Positions 36,637 to 45,649 of a stretch of 54,543 nt of DNA are shown here, in pieces. Where the stretch lies: the IMG/VR virus record IMGVR_UViG_3300010218_000013, positions 1 through 54,543 of that record, one strand, 5' to 3'. The translations under genes and the position numbers were made by a program. Below the pieces are notes generated by a model that made no database searches, was not told the origin of the DNA, and saw only the letters and a program-made list of their open reading frames with translations. How positions within the stretch are numbered: position 1 is the stretch's first letter; every line of letters begins with the position of its first letter. The DNA is from a virus. Lineage: Duplodnaviria; Caudoviricetes.

Positions 36637-37086
36637 TTAGTGGCTGAACGAATAGCTGGCGGCGAGGTTCGTGTAGCCGTAGCTGCTCACGTCCGTGCCG
36701 ACACCCGACTTGCTCGAGCCGTAGCCCGAACCGCTCGTATAACCGCCGGCGGAAGCGTTCGACGTGCTGGCGGTATAGCTGCCCGACACCGAGAGGCCAG
36801 CGGCGGCGTTGAAGCCGTAACCGCCGACGGCGCCGGATCCAATCGCCGTGCCACCGACGGCGTAGCCGCCGCCCGCCGAGTTGCTCCACTGGGTCGAATA
36901 ACCGTTGCCGTTCTGACCGGCTTCGGCCTGCGAGCCGCCCGAAGTGCTCGACGACGAGCCGAAGCCGCCGCTCGACGAATACGTGGTGCCGCCGGAATTA
37001 CCATTGCCGTTGCCATTGGTGGCGAATGCGGCCGGTGCCGCAGCGAGTGCGAGAGCTGCTGCGATTGCGATGGTGATGCGCTTCAT
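36637..37086 (-). CDS. Secreted Gly/Ser/Asn/Tyr-rich protein
   Basis: GAGG RBS; signal peptide MKRITIAIAAALALAAAPAAFA; low-complexity mature part. Confidence 0.85.
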   Translation of the reverse strand: MKRITIAIAAALALAAAPAAFATNGNGNGNSGGTTYSSSGGFGSSSSTSGGSQAEAGQNGNGYSTQWSNSAGGGYAVGGTAIGSGAVGGYGFNAAAGLSVSGSYTASTSNASAGGYTSGSGYGSSKSGVGTDVSSYGYTNLAASYSFSH

Positions 37087-37143
37087 GGTCTACCTCAGGT
37101 TGGTTTGTCGCGCGGTGGTCCGGCCGCGCCCGGTGCTGCAAAT

Positions 37144-37320
37144 TCAGTCATGCTTCGCGTCATCGGCGGGGCGGTCGGCCGCCGCGCGGCATGCTTCCGC
37201 GAAACGCTCGAGTGCGCTGATCGAGCCAGAGACGCTGTGGAATTCTTCGCGACCAATTCGGCCGTTCAAGATGACCGTCAGACCCGCAGCGCGTGCAAGT
37301 TCGATCAGTTGCGGGTTCAT
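37144..37320 (-). CDS. Hypothetical protein
   Basis: ATGA-coupled to ParB gene; LIELARAAGL..LERFAE. Confidence 0.7.
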   Translation of the reverse strand: MNPQLIELARAAGLTVILNGRIGREEFHSVSGSISALERFAEACRAAADRPADDAKHD

Positions 37321-39062
37321 GGACGACCCGTGTTCGGGAAGGGCCATGCCGCTTTGGCCGCGTCACTATTGATATCGATTGCCGAGCGGGGCGCCGCGGC
37401 TTTCGTCGTTTTCTTTGCCGGGACCTTCTTCGCCAAGACCTTCTTCGCCGCCGCCGGGCGCGGAGCGGTTTTCGCCTCGCGCGGCTCGACAGTTGCCGCC
37501 TTCTTCGCAGCAACCTTCTTCGCCGCGGGCTTGGCCTTCGATTTCGTCGCTGCTTCGAGGTCCTTCTTGATCGCCGCAGGATCGATGCCGCGTACACGCG
37601 CGATCGCCTCGAGCAGCTCGGGCTTCGATGAAGTGGCGTATCCGGGAACGACCGATTCATCGATAAGCGCGATGTCCATCACGAGGCGGCCAAGCGCCTC
37701 CGGATCGTTCTCTTCGAAGTCGTCGACCTTCTTCGCGAAGTCGGCCTCACTGAGCTGCTTGGGGCCCCATTCGCACAGCTTCGTGATGCGCTTCTGGTTT
37801 TCGCTCCAGAGCCGGCGATAGAAGGTCACTGCGACAATCTTCAGGTCGAAGTCATCGAGGCCGGTCCCCGAATGTTTGGCGCGGACCTGCCGAAATAGCT
37901 CGCCGCGGTATGCGTCGGCCGCCTTCTTTTTGGCGTTTTCAGCGGATTGGCTGGAGCTGGCGGTGCCCGTGCTGCTTGCCTGGATCCCCTTATCGGCGAG
38001 GGCCTTCTTCAGGTCGGACTTCTGCATCACGTCGACGAGCTTGCCGTCGTGCGGATCTTCGAGCAACGCGGCCGACTTAACGGCCTTTGCGCCGAGGATC
38101 TGGCGATATGTGCGCATCTTCGGATCGTCGTAGCAGCGCTTATCCAGATCCACATAGCCACCGCTCAGGTCGCCGTACTGGCTGGGTTTAACCTGCTTCG
38201 CCTGCTTACCGGCGATCACGGTGCGGCCAGTTGCTTCGGCCTCCGATCGCTTCTGCGCCGCCGCTGCTACGCGCTTCTTCTCGTAGCAAGCCGGATCTGT
38301 GCAGGTCTCTTTGCTCTTCACGTCGCCGAAAAGGTCTACCTGATTGCCGGTCCGCTTCGGGCACGGTCCGCATGCTCCAGCGCCGGGTACGAGATCGGCG
38401 TCGGACGTCTTGAACGGTGCCTGGTCGAGGCGCAGCATGTAGTGCTCTTGCACGTGCTCCGACACTTCGCGGATCGACATCGGTTCGCCGGTCCAGCGTT
38501 TGGCAGTAATTTCTTTCGCTGCCTTGTCCTGCAATTCGATGGGAAGGCGCGCGATGATCAGAGCCGTCTTTGCGTTAAGCAGGTCGTCGAAGAACAGCTT
38601 GCGCGACGATGCGTTCAGGCTGCACAGCTTGAGACGCTGCGCGACGTATGAGCGCGTCTGGCTGACTTCCTCGGCGATCTGCTCGAGAGTGTGTCCACGA
38701 TCGGCGAGAACCTTATAGCCGTCGGCTTCCTCGAGCGGATGCACGTCCTTACGCTGCAAGTTTTCGATGATCTGGATGTGGAGTACTTCATCATCGGTGA
38801 GGTCGCGCACGAGCACGGGCACCTCGTCGAGCGGCGCGGCCTCGGCGGCGCGGTGCCGCCGCTCGCCAGCGACGAGTTCGAAGAGCCCTGGTTCATCGGG
38901 CCACGGGCGAACTAGCAGCGGCTGCAGCACGCCATGCTTGCGCACGCTCGCAGTCATTTCGGCGTGATCCGCCTCGGGAAAGCGCTTACGCGGATTCGTC
39001 GGTGAGCGGCGGATCGCCGCGAGCGGCAGATAAGTGGCAGTCGAGTCGAGTTGAGTCGTCAT
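37317..39062 (-). CDS. ParB/Spo0J-family protein with Lys/Ala-rich tail
   Basis: [42 protein letters not shown]. Confidence 0.93.
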   Translation of the reverse strand: MTTQLDSTATYLPLAAIRRSPTNPRKRFPEADHAEMTASVRKHGVLQPLLVRPWPDEPGLFELVAGERRHRAAEAAPLDEVPVLVRDLTDDEVLHIQIIENLQRKDVHPLEEADGYKVLADRGHTLEQIAEEVSQTRSYVAQRLKLCSLNASSRKLFFDDLLNAKTALIIARLPIELQDKAAKEITAKRWTGEPMSIREVSEHVQEHYMLRLDQAPFKTSDADLVPGAGACGPCPKRTGNQVDLFGDVKSKETCTDPACYEKKRVAAAAQKRSEAEATGRTVIAGKQAKQVKPSQYGDLSGGYVDLDKRCYDDPKMRTYRQILGAKAVKSAALLEDPHDGKLVDVMQKSDLKKALADKGIQASSTGTASSSQSAENAKKKAADAYRGELFRQVRAKHSGTGLDDFDLKIVAVTFYRRLWSENQKRITKLCEWGPKQLSEADFAKKVDDFEENDPEALGRLVMDIALIDESVVPGYATSSKPELLEAIARVRGIDPAAIKKDLEAATKSKAKPAAKKVAAKKAATVEPREAKTAPRPAAAKKVLAKKVPAKKTTKAAAPRSAIDINSDAAKAAWPFPNTGRP

Positions 39063-39067
39063 GGCGA

Positions 39068-39496
39068 TCAGTGCGTGGTGCGCGGGGTTGCGTCGGAAGC
39101 GCCGAATATGGCGCCGAGAATGCCTGCGAGGGCATCGGGGCTAAAGCCGACCCGCACGCCGACCGGAGGCCGGTTTAGTTCTCGCATGCGCCGGAGTGCG
39201 GCGTAGCAATCAGGGTTCGCGTGCGGGTCGTCAAGCCACAGCGGCATCCAGTTCGCGACGCCGAAGACTTCGTCATAGCGACGAAGCACGGCGGCGCGGG
39301 TCGCGTGAACGGGTCCAGAGATGTCCGCATCGTCTTCGCGCAGGGAGTGCCGGACGCCCATCGCGAACTCGCAGTGCGGGTGCGTGAACGCATCGAACTT
39401 GATCCGTGCGATGCATTGACCGTCTTCGCCGAGCGCCATCACCGCGCGGAAGTCGTCGGTCGGCCGCGAATCGTTGAAGATGAAGATCGTTTTCAT
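39068..39496 (-). CDS. Hypothetical protein
   Basis: Coupled ORF in operon. Confidence 0.7.
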   Translation of the reverse strand: MKTIFIFNDSRPTDDFRAVMALGEDGQCIARIKFDAFTHPHCEFAMGVRHSLREDDADISGPVHATRAAVLRRYDEVFGVANWMPLWLDDPHANPDCYAALRRMRELNRPPVGVRVGFSPDALAGILGAIFGASDATPRTTH

Positions 39497-39651
39497 GGCT
39501 TGAGCCCCTTGTGGTTCTGCGTCGCGCGCCGACGCTCAGCGGCGCGCACATGCGCGCGGGTCAATCGATAAGCTTCGCGAAGCGAAATGCTGTTTGCCTG
39601 CAGATCCGCGAGCAGCTGCCAGAGCGTTGGTGTTTGCGTGCGTCGCTGCAT
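39493..39651 (-). CDS. Hypothetical protein
   Basis: AGGA RBS; ATGA-coupled downstream. Confidence 0.55.
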   Translation of the reverse strand: MQRRTQTPTLWQLLADLQANSISLREAYRLTRAHVRAAERRRATQNHKGLKP

Positions 39652-39739
39652 GTCCAGTCCTGAAAAAAGCGGGCGCTTTGAAAGCCGCCCCCAAGCTCGC
39701 CGTCCGGGGGACGTCAGCCGACGAGAGACCACTGAAAAA

Positions 39740-40462
39740 TCATTTGCGCAGCTCGACGAGCGCCGTCAGCGCGCGGAACTGTTCGCGCTTCAGGTCGACC
39801 GTGCATGCTTCTGTCTGGATCGTGATATCGCCTTCGGGCCACGACAGCAGCTGGATGTCGCCGACGAACACGACAAACTCGGGTTTGCGGCCGGCAGGCT
39901 TCGTCGGCTCGGCCGCAGCTGACGGCGCGGGCGTTGGCGCAACCGGGCGCGTCGCTTTCGGCTTGCGTGCGACGATCGCGGTAGTGGCCTCGAAATGGGC
40001 GATCGCCGGCAACTCGGCTCTCGACTCGGCGACATTCGGCGCCGGCGCGGGAGCAGGCGCTGGTGCCTCTACGGAAACAGCCGGCGTTTCGCTACCGACC
40101 GAATACTTTCCGTCGACGCGCACGATGCGACCGTCTTTCAGCGCATTGGCGATGAAAGGAGAGATCCCGCCAGTGGACGTGATGCCCAACGCCTTGCACA
40201 GCGCCGCGCCGTCAGACGGCCCTTTCTCGCGCAAATAGGTGATGGCCTGATCTGCGCGGGTCTTGCCAGCGGGGATATACGGCTTGTCCCCGCGTTTTTG
40301 GAGCGCCGAAAGTGGATTCGCCCATGGATCCGACGGCGCCGGCGTCGCAGCGATACCGCCCACGTCCGCATCAGTGATGACGGCCGCGCCGGATTCGGCG
40401 ACTGAGTTCGCGGCGCCAGCGGGGAACATGTTGGGGTGAAGGATGTTCTTCATCGCGTTCAC
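39740..40462 (-). CDS. Hypothetical protein with winged-helix-like segment
   Basis: AITYLREKGP..LCKALGI..LKDGRI. Confidence 0.7.
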   Translation of the reverse strand: MNAMKNILHPNMFPAGAANSVAESGAAVITDADVGGIAATPAPSDPWANPLSALQKRGDKPYIPAGKTRADQAITYLREKGPSDGAALCKALGITSTGGISPFIANALKDGRIVRVDGKYSVGSETPAVSVEAPAPAPAPAPNVAESRAELPAIAHFEATTAIVARKPKATRPVAPTPAPSAAAEPTKPAGRKPEFVVFVGDIQLLSWPEGDITIQTEACTVDLKREQFRALTALVELRK

Positions 40463-41193
40463 CCGACGTGCGCGGCCGCGCTGTGTTTCGGGAACAAGCG
40501 TGTTGCGCGCGCGACCATGGTGTCGAGCTCGAGGACTGCGCGCTCGCCGACCGCGTGAGCGCGGTCGTATAACTCAGGCAGCAGATCTTCGAAGCTCGCG
40601 CGCACTTCATCGCGCGTCGCGCAGCCGTCGGCGCGATACCAGAACACCTGCTCAGCGTCGCCGATGCGCACCTGGATGATGTCTTCGTTCGGCACCAGTC
40701 CGTAATCGCGCGTCACCCAGACCATCACCACACCAGCGTCAGGCCGGGCCGCCAGATTGGCGGCCTTGAACTTCGCGCAATCCTGATGCGCCGGCGGCAC
40801 AACGCATAGCCGCGTGACGGCAGCTGCGGGGCGCAAGACGAATGCCTTGTACTGGCCGAGCGACTCGCCGCAGATGAAGCAGCGCTTGTAATAGTGGCAA
40901 CCGGCGAGGTCGAGCAATCCAGTTTCGGCCGTGGGCAGGCTCGTCGACGGCAGACCGCGCAGACGCACGGGCAGCGCAGGCGTGCCTCTTTGAAGGAGCA
41001 GGCTCATCGAGCGTCCTATACCGAAGACGCGCCGCGACCGCGCCTCCGGATGAGCCCGGTCATCGTTCGCGGGGGCGGGCAGTTGTGAATCGTCGTTGAA
41101 AGCGCGGTCGAAGCGACCGGCCACCGTGGTGAGCGTCCAGGCGACAGAGCCGAGCGCGACAAGGGCAGAGCCCACGTAACCGAGAGTGTTCAT
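40459..41193 (-). CDS. Hypothetical Zn-binding protein
   Basis: CFICG...PPAHQDCA; coupled both sides. Confidence 0.75.
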   Translation of the reverse strand: MNTLGYVGSALVALGSVAWTLTTVAGRFDRAFNDDSQLPAPANDDRAHPEARSRRVFGIGRSMSLLLQRGTPALPVRLRGLPSTSLPTAETGLLDLAGCHYYKRCFICGESLGQYKAFVLRPAAAVTRLCVVPPAHQDCAKFKAANLAARPDAGVVMVWVTRDYGLVPNEDIIQVRIGDAEQVFWYRADGCATRDEVRASFEDLLPELYDRAHAVGERAVLELDTMVARATRLFPKHSAAAHVG

Positions 41194-41576
41194 ACCGGCA
41201 CCTTGCCCATTTCGAGGTCTCGCGCGATTTGCCAACGTTGCGCGTGGTTATGTGTGAGAACGAGGCAACAATCGACTGCGTCCTGAATTGAATCCGCTAC
41301 GTGATGGCATACGGGGCAACAGAAAGCCGTCAGGCCGTAGGCGCCAAGCGACGCATCAGGGTGCCGCTCGATGCATGCGAGAACGCCTGTTACCGACGGC
41401 CACGCGCTCTCACAGTGCGGGCATTGATACACAGCGGCCACTTCGGGCGGGCAGCACAGCTGTGCTTCTCGAGTGGTCTCGTGCAGTTGCTCGCATTCAG
41501 GACAGCGGAAGCGTTCACATTCGTTCTCGACCTTCGACGCCGACAGCGCGGGGTCAAATACGCTACGGAGATTCAT
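41190..41576 (-). CDS. Multi-zinc-finger protein
   Basis: CPEC, CPHC, CPVC and CC motifs. Confidence 0.8.
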   Translation of the reverse strand: MNLRSVFDPALSASKVENECERFRCPECEQLHETTREAQLCCPPEVAAVYQCPHCESAWPSVTGVLACIERHPDASLGAYGLTAFCCPVCHHVADSIQDAVDCCLVLTHNHAQRWQIARDLEMGKVPV

Positions 41577-41580
41577 GGCG

Positions 41581-41865
41581 TCAGACCTCATCGACGTCGT
41601 TGGCGGCGCGACGCTTGATATCGACGCACTGATCGTCGAAGCCAAGCGAAGTCTGAGTAGGAGTGGTGCGCGGCTCCGTGAAGCGACCGGTGCGGCGCTG
41701 CGGGCGACCGACGATCTGCGCGCGAACCGCGGCCTGCACGGCGGCGCGCACAGCGGGATTGAGCAGCGCTTCGTCGACGGATCCCTCGACGCCAAGCGTG
41801 CGGCACGCTGGCGCGAGAAGATCATCGGGGAGGCGGGTCGGTACGGGGCGCATGGCCGCTCTCAC
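41581..41865 (-). CDS. Hypothetical protein
   Basis: C-terminal DIKRRAAND; start 41865 or 41853. Confidence 0.65.
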   Translation of the reverse strand: MRAAMRPVPTRLPDDLLAPACRTLGVEGSVDEALLNPAVRAAVQAAVRAQIVGRPQRRTGRFTEPRTTPTQTSLGFDDQCVDIKRRAANDVDEV

Positions 41866-42059
41866 ATGCAACGCGTGAACGAGCACGACGAATCGCCTGC
41901 GGCCACGCGGTCCTGATACTGCATATAGCCGGTGTAGAGCAGGTAGCAGAACAGCACGCCGAACACAGCGAGCACGTTGCGCGTGATCCGGAAGATGGAC
42001 TTCGCAGCGCGAGTAGCGCGCGAGTTCGCGACAGCTTCTTTTCGTACGCTCGACATCAC
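41862..42059 (-). CDS. Small single-TM protein
   Basis: VLAVFGVLFCYLLY. Confidence 0.65.
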   Translation of the reverse strand: MMSSVRKEAVANSRATRAAKSIFRITRNVLAVFGVLFCYLLYTGYMQYQDRVAAGDSSCSFTRCM

Positions 42060-42069
42060 AGTCCCCAGG

Positions 42070-42255
42070 TCAATGCTTGCGCGGCGTGACGCACTTGCCG
42101 GCAGAGTAGGCAGCGATGAAATCGATTCGAGCGCCGCGCGTTGCTACCGCGCGAAGGTCCAGCACTTCGATCGACTTCTCTGTCGCAACGACGAACCGGA
42201 CATGACCGTCAAGGGAACGGTGAGCAGCTTTGCGCTTCGCCTTGTTCGCGTTCAC
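42070..42255 (-). CDS. First gene of early-left operon, hypothetical basic protein
   Basis: GGAG RBS before GTG, downstream of pL-like promoter. Confidence 0.55.
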   Translation of the reverse strand: MNANKAKRKAAHRSLDGHVRFVVATEKSIEVLDLRAVATRGARIDFIAAYSAGKCVTPRKH

Positions 42256-42286
42256 GGTGTTGCTCCGGTTCGGATGCGATGGAGCG

Positions 42287-42353
42287 AATTTAAGCAGACT
42301 CAAATAAAGAGGTCAAGAGAAAATTGAGTGCGCTTAAATTTAAGTGCGCAAGA
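42287..42353 (-). promoter_or_regulatory. pL/OL-like promoter and repressor operators
   Basis: TTGACC-18-TAAATT; operators TTAAG-CAGA-CTCAA (42290), TTGAG-TGCG-CTTAA (42324), degenerate copy at 42340. Confidence 0.75.
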
Positions 42354-42380
42354 AAACGGCGACTAGCGAACAGACGCCTT

Positions 42381-42764
42381 CTATTTCTTGAGCTTCGTGA
42401 ATCGCAGCACAGTGTCCGGCGGCAGTTGCTTGAGGGCTGCGTCGATGAGCGCACCGGCGGCGCGCAATGGGACGTTATCCCGATGCTCGACGACCAGCAC
42501 GGCTGGCGCGCCCGGGCTTAGGCCCGCGACTATCGCGCGTATCAGCTCGAGCTCGAAGGTTGTTGATGCCGCTTGCGCGCGAGCGCTGATCTCGTCGCGG
42601 ATGCTATCGGGGATTGCAAGCGCGGCACCAGTGAGAGTCGATGCAAGGCGCGAAACGATCTCTCCGTTGAGAGACCGGCTCGCCCCATCAGCTTCCTCGG
42701 CGAGCTGTGCGTGCAGGGCCTGAGGAAGACGGAGCGTGATTCTTGTTGTTTGCTCTTCGTTCAT
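42381..42764 (-). CDS. Arc/Mnt-family ribbon-helix-helix protein (tandem RHH)
   Basis: RITLRLPQALHAQL..A....RSLNGEIVSRL. Confidence 0.88.
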   Translation of the reverse strand: MNEEQTTRITLRLPQALHAQLAEEADGASRSLNGEIVSRLASTLTGAALAIPDSIRDEISARAQAASTTFELELIRAIVAGLSPGAPAVLVVEHRDNVPLRAAGALIDAALKQLPPDTVLRFTKLKK

Positions 42765-42802
42765 GGCCCCAAGGCTACACCATGGCGGGGCCAATCTCGA
42801 AT

Positions 42803-42860
42803 TTGACACCAATATGGTGTCAGCCTACGATTCATCGAGATAGACACCAAAATGGTGTCA
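42803..42860 (+). promoter_or_regulatory. Promoter and twin palindromic operators between Arc-like genes
   Basis: TTGACA-17-TACGAT; TGACACCA-ATA-TGGTGTCA (42804-42822); GACACCA-AAA-TGGTGTC (42843-42859). Confidence 0.8.
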
Positions 42861-42894
42861 CTTTGGGGTATTCAAATCAGACGGGAGCCATAGA

Positions 42895-43074
42895 ATGTTG
42901 ACGAAGGAAGGTGCCAAGACTTTCAACCTGCGCATCCCCGCAGAACTCCGCGAATGGCTCGACGCAGCAGCGCGGAAGAACATGCGCAGCCTGAATGCCG
43001 AGATCCTCTACCGACTGGCAGAGGCGAAGGCCGCGGATAGCTCCAGTGAGACTGCGGGACCACAGCAGAATTGA
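42895..43074 (+). CDS. Arc-family repressor, 59 aa (absent from ORF track)
   Basis: MLTKEGAKTFNLRIPAELREWLDAAARKNMRSLNAEILYRL; GGGAG RBS. Confidence 0.88.
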   Translation: MLTKEGAKTFNLRIPAELREWLDAAARKNMRSLNAEILYRLAEAKAADSSSETAGPQQN

Positions 43075-43205
43075 CGGGTTTTTAAATGCGAACTTTTACC
43101 GATAAAAAGGCGCTTAAATCGGAGTAGCGTATCGGCTTAATTCATACAAAACACATCCGCCGCGTCCGAGCGCGCACATGAGAGACCCCAGCAATAGGAA
43201 ATGGG

Positions 43206-43466
43206 ATGAACGACTCTTGCAGAACTGACAAGTCAGGCGACAGAAGGGCCGCTGTTGCACCGGTAATGAATGACTCGACGACGCGCGCCAGCGCTCGTCT
43301 CTACGACATCAAGTCGGCGGTGTCTCGACGATCGTCCTATGTGACGATATCGGTCGATGCGGCAGGACACTTGAACTACGATTCCGAGGTGGATCCGGAA
43401 CACGCTGAGCGCATGGTGGACGCATTGCTGCTGATGCTCGTGAAGGCGCGCCAGGCATCCGCATAA
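43206..43466 (+). CDS. Hypothetical protein convergent with cI
   Basis: Only sizeable + ORF here; start uncertain. Confidence 0.55.
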   Translation: MNDSCRTDKSGDRRAAVAPVMNDSTTRASARLYDIKSAVSRRSSYVTISVDAAGHLNYDSEVDPEHAERMVDALLLMLVKARQASA

Positions 43467-43477
43467 TCCGGCGGTCG

Positions 43478-43996
43478 TCAGGCGGCGCTTTTCTTTTGAC
43501 GTTGCCGCGGCTGTTTTGCGGCGACCTGTTGCTCGGCGCGCGCGTGCGCCTCCTTAAGAGGGTCCGCCGCGGCCGCGCGTGGCTCGACCGCTGAAGCCGA
43601 CACAATCACCCGCAGTGCTCGCAGCGTTTCCCTGCTCAAAGCCCCATTGCGATCGTTTTGCGCGATCAGCTCGATGAGCGCGTCGGCGTCCTTGCTCAAT
43701 TCGATGGGGCGCTGCACCGCCTCAGGTTGCGATGCCACAGGATCCGCAGCCCCGGCTGGCGTCTCGACCATCGGTCCTTTTCCATCCTTCAACCATTCGA
43801 TCCTCACTCGCAAGTACTTAGCGAGCTTCATGATCGGATCGGCCTTCAGGTTGTGAGTCTTGCCCTGAACCCATAGCGTCACAGCAGACGACGTCACGCC
43901 TGCTGCGGCTGCAATCTCTTTTTTCAGGATGCGCTCACCCGTCTCAGTCTCGCGGTGAGCGATTGCCCGCTTCAGTCGGTCGGCGAAGGTAATCAT
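43478..43996 (-). CDS. cI: CI-like HTH repressor without S24 peptidase domain
   Basis: TFADRLK..KKEIAAAAGVTSSAVTLW..LAKYLRVRIEWLKDGKG; divergent from cro. Confidence 0.88.
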   Translation of the reverse strand: MITFADRLKRAIAHRETETGERILKKEIAAAAGVTSSAVTLWVQGKTHNLKADPIMKLAKYLRVRIEWLKDGKGPMVETPAGAADPVASQPEAVQRPIELSKDADALIELIAQNDRNGALSRETLRALRVIVSASAVEPRAAAADPLKEAHARAEQQVAAKQPRQRQKKSAA

Positions 43997-44060
43997 TTGA
44001 GCAAGCTTAAACGCTGAAATTTGAGTTAACTTGACTTGAGCGTTTGAGTGCGCTTAAATT
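43997..44060. promoter_or_regulatory. OR1-3-like operators and pR
   Basis: TTGAG-N4-CTTRA at 43997, 44021, 44044 (24/23-bp spacing); TTGACT-18-TAAATT. Confidence 0.82.
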
Positions 44061-44066
44061 CGCGTC

Positions 44067-44294
44067 ATGAAAACCGATCCGTCCGACCTCACAGCCTGCA
44101 AGATCATCGACGGCCTCAACGGCACCGTTGCCGTTGCGGATCTTTGCGAGATCAGGCCCAGCGCTGTTTCTCACTGGCGAAAACACGGCATTCCGAAAGC
44201 ACGTGTGAAGTTCCTGCGGCTGGCGCGCGCGGACTTTGACTGGTCGCAGGTGCCGGAGTCCTACCCGGAAAAGTCGACGAAGGAGAGCGTTTAA
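44067..44294 (+). CDS. cro: Cro-like protein
   Basis: IIDGLNGTVAVADLCEIRPSAVSHWRKHGIP. Confidence 0.85.
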   Translation: MKTDPSDLTACKIIDGLNGTVAVADLCEIRPSAVSHWRKHGIPKARVKFLRLARADFDWSQVPESYPEKSTKESV

Positions 44295-44657
44295 ATGAAA
44301 CGCATCGTCTCTTTGCTTCTTATCGCCGCCGAGGGCGCCGCGTTGTACCTGTGGCAGTGGGAAGGCCTGCTCGGCGCTGGCCGCATCCTCATTTTCTACC
44401 TGTGGGCGATCGCGGTTTATCAACTCGTGCTCGCGGGTTTCGCGTTCGTTGGCGCTGCTTCGCTCGGTTTCAACGTGCCTAAGCCGAAGGTCAGCGCAAT
44501 CGCGCGTGCCTGGACGTGGTTCGTGTGCGCTGTACGTGTCTGCGTGCTGGTAGCTATCGCGCATCCCGCGCTCGCTGGTGTGTATTTGATGGGTGCCATC
44601 CTTTCTGGCCTCGTGGTCGCTATTTGCGATGAGAAGCCTCCCGCGAAGAGCGCCTAG
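44295..44657 (+). CDS. Four-TM membrane protein
   Basis: AAGGAG RBS; TAAATG junction with cro; hydrophobic segments. Confidence 0.75.
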   Translation: MKRIVSLLLIAAEGAALYLWQWEGLLGAGRILIFYLWAIAVYQLVLAGFAFVGAASLGFNVPKPKVSAIARAWTWFVCAVRVCVLVAIAHPALAGVYLMGAILSGLVVAICDEKPPAKSA

Positions 44658-44710
44658 CCAGTTTCTGATGTCTGTGTAAGTCATTTTTTAACCGTTCCAT
44701 GGAGGGTTGT

Positions 44711-44935
44711 ATGCGCCGCCGCGCCAGCTTTCGAAACGAAGTCAAAACGCGTTTGCCCGACCGTACTTACTGCGGCCTTCAGGCATTCAAGAAACTGCAT
44801 GGCATTGAGAGCGACTCGGCTGCTCTCTGTCGACTCGCCGACTTGCAGCTGTTCGGCACGGTTGGGAATTTGCCATCGAATCTGATGGAGCTCAGTGCCG
44901 AAACGGGCCGCAGCGGGACGATGTTGGCCGCATGA
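44711..44935 (+). CDS. Small RHH-like regulator in cII position
   Basis: GGAGG RBS; EVKTRLPDRTY..SDSAALCRL. Confidence 0.65.
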   Translation: MRRRASFRNEVKTRLPDRTYCGLQAFKKLHGIESDSAALCRLADLQLFGTVGNLPSNLMELSAETGRSGTMLAA

Positions 44936-45135
44936 ATCGCGAGACGACGATCTTGTCGGTGGCGTTACCTGCGCCAGAAGCGGCCGATTTAGCAGTGATG
45001 GCGGCGCGTAGCGGGATATCGACGCCGGACTTGCTGGGCTATCACGTCTTGCGCAGTGCATACGGCGCAATGCACCCGCTGGTACAGGCTTTCGAAACGC
45101 GGCCCAAGTTGGGACATCGAGGGGACGCTGGCTAA
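44932..45135 (+). CDS. Small RHH-like protein
   Basis: ATGA-coupled; LSVALP..LAVMAARSGIS. Confidence 0.6.
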   Translation: MNRETTILSVALPAPEAADLAVMAARSGISTPDLLGYHVLRSAYGAMHPLVQAFETRPKLGHRGDAG

Positions 45136-45228
45136 GCAGCCAGGGCATCACCGATCTAGCCACTACATAAGCCGATTGGCGCGTGCCAGTCCGTTCATGC
45201 AGCGGCTCAGGTTCGACAAAACACATTT

Positions 45229-45384
45229 ATGAACGCAGATCTCATTTGTACCGCGGCGCTTCGCGCCTTTGCGCTTGTGGGCATCGCAGCCGCGTTTGTG
45301 CCGGCGTTGGCTCGCAACAGGAAACGACTCGGCGTGACGTTCATCGCGTCGCTCGTGGCCGTCGCCATTCTCTGGAGTCACTGA
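45229..45384 (+). CDS. 51-aa two-TM protein (absent from ORF track)
   Basis: MNADLICTAALRAFALVGIAAAFVPALARNRKRLGVTFIASLVAVAILWSH; stop 1 nt before next ATG. Confidence 0.6.
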   Translation: MNADLICTAALRAFALVGIAAAFVPALARNRKRLGVTFIASLVAVAILWSH

Positions 45385-45385
45385 C

Positions 45386-45649
45386 ATGTCCCATCACCTC
45401 ACAAACCAGTCGTGGGATATCGAGCTCCGCGGCCCGCGCAAGATCGTGTTGCTCTGTCTCGCGCACCTCGCGGTAATGAGCACGCGCGAGTGCTCTGCCA
45501 CCGTCCGCAAGATCGCGTTCATGTGCGGCATGTCGGACAGCGGCGTGCGCGACCAGCTGGCGGCGCTGGCCGCGGCCGGGCTGGTCGACGAGATCCGCGG
45601 CGAAGGCGAGACGTTCTATCGCGTCAACGTGGCACCGCGCGATGCCTGA
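45386..45649 (+). CDS. Stand-alone wHTH resembling a replication-initiator N-terminus
   Basis: KIVLLCLA..KIAFMCGMSDSGVRDQLAALAAAGLV. Confidence 0.75.
   Translation: MSHHLTNQSWDIELRGPRKIVLLCLAHLAVMSTRECSATVRKIAFMCGMSDSGVRDQLAALAAAGLVDEIRGEGETFYRVNVAPRDA

Noticed and set aside
43103-43141. Additional CI operators
   Set aside because: Only CTTAA half-sites (GCGCTTAAAT, GGCTTAAT) without the TTGAG half.
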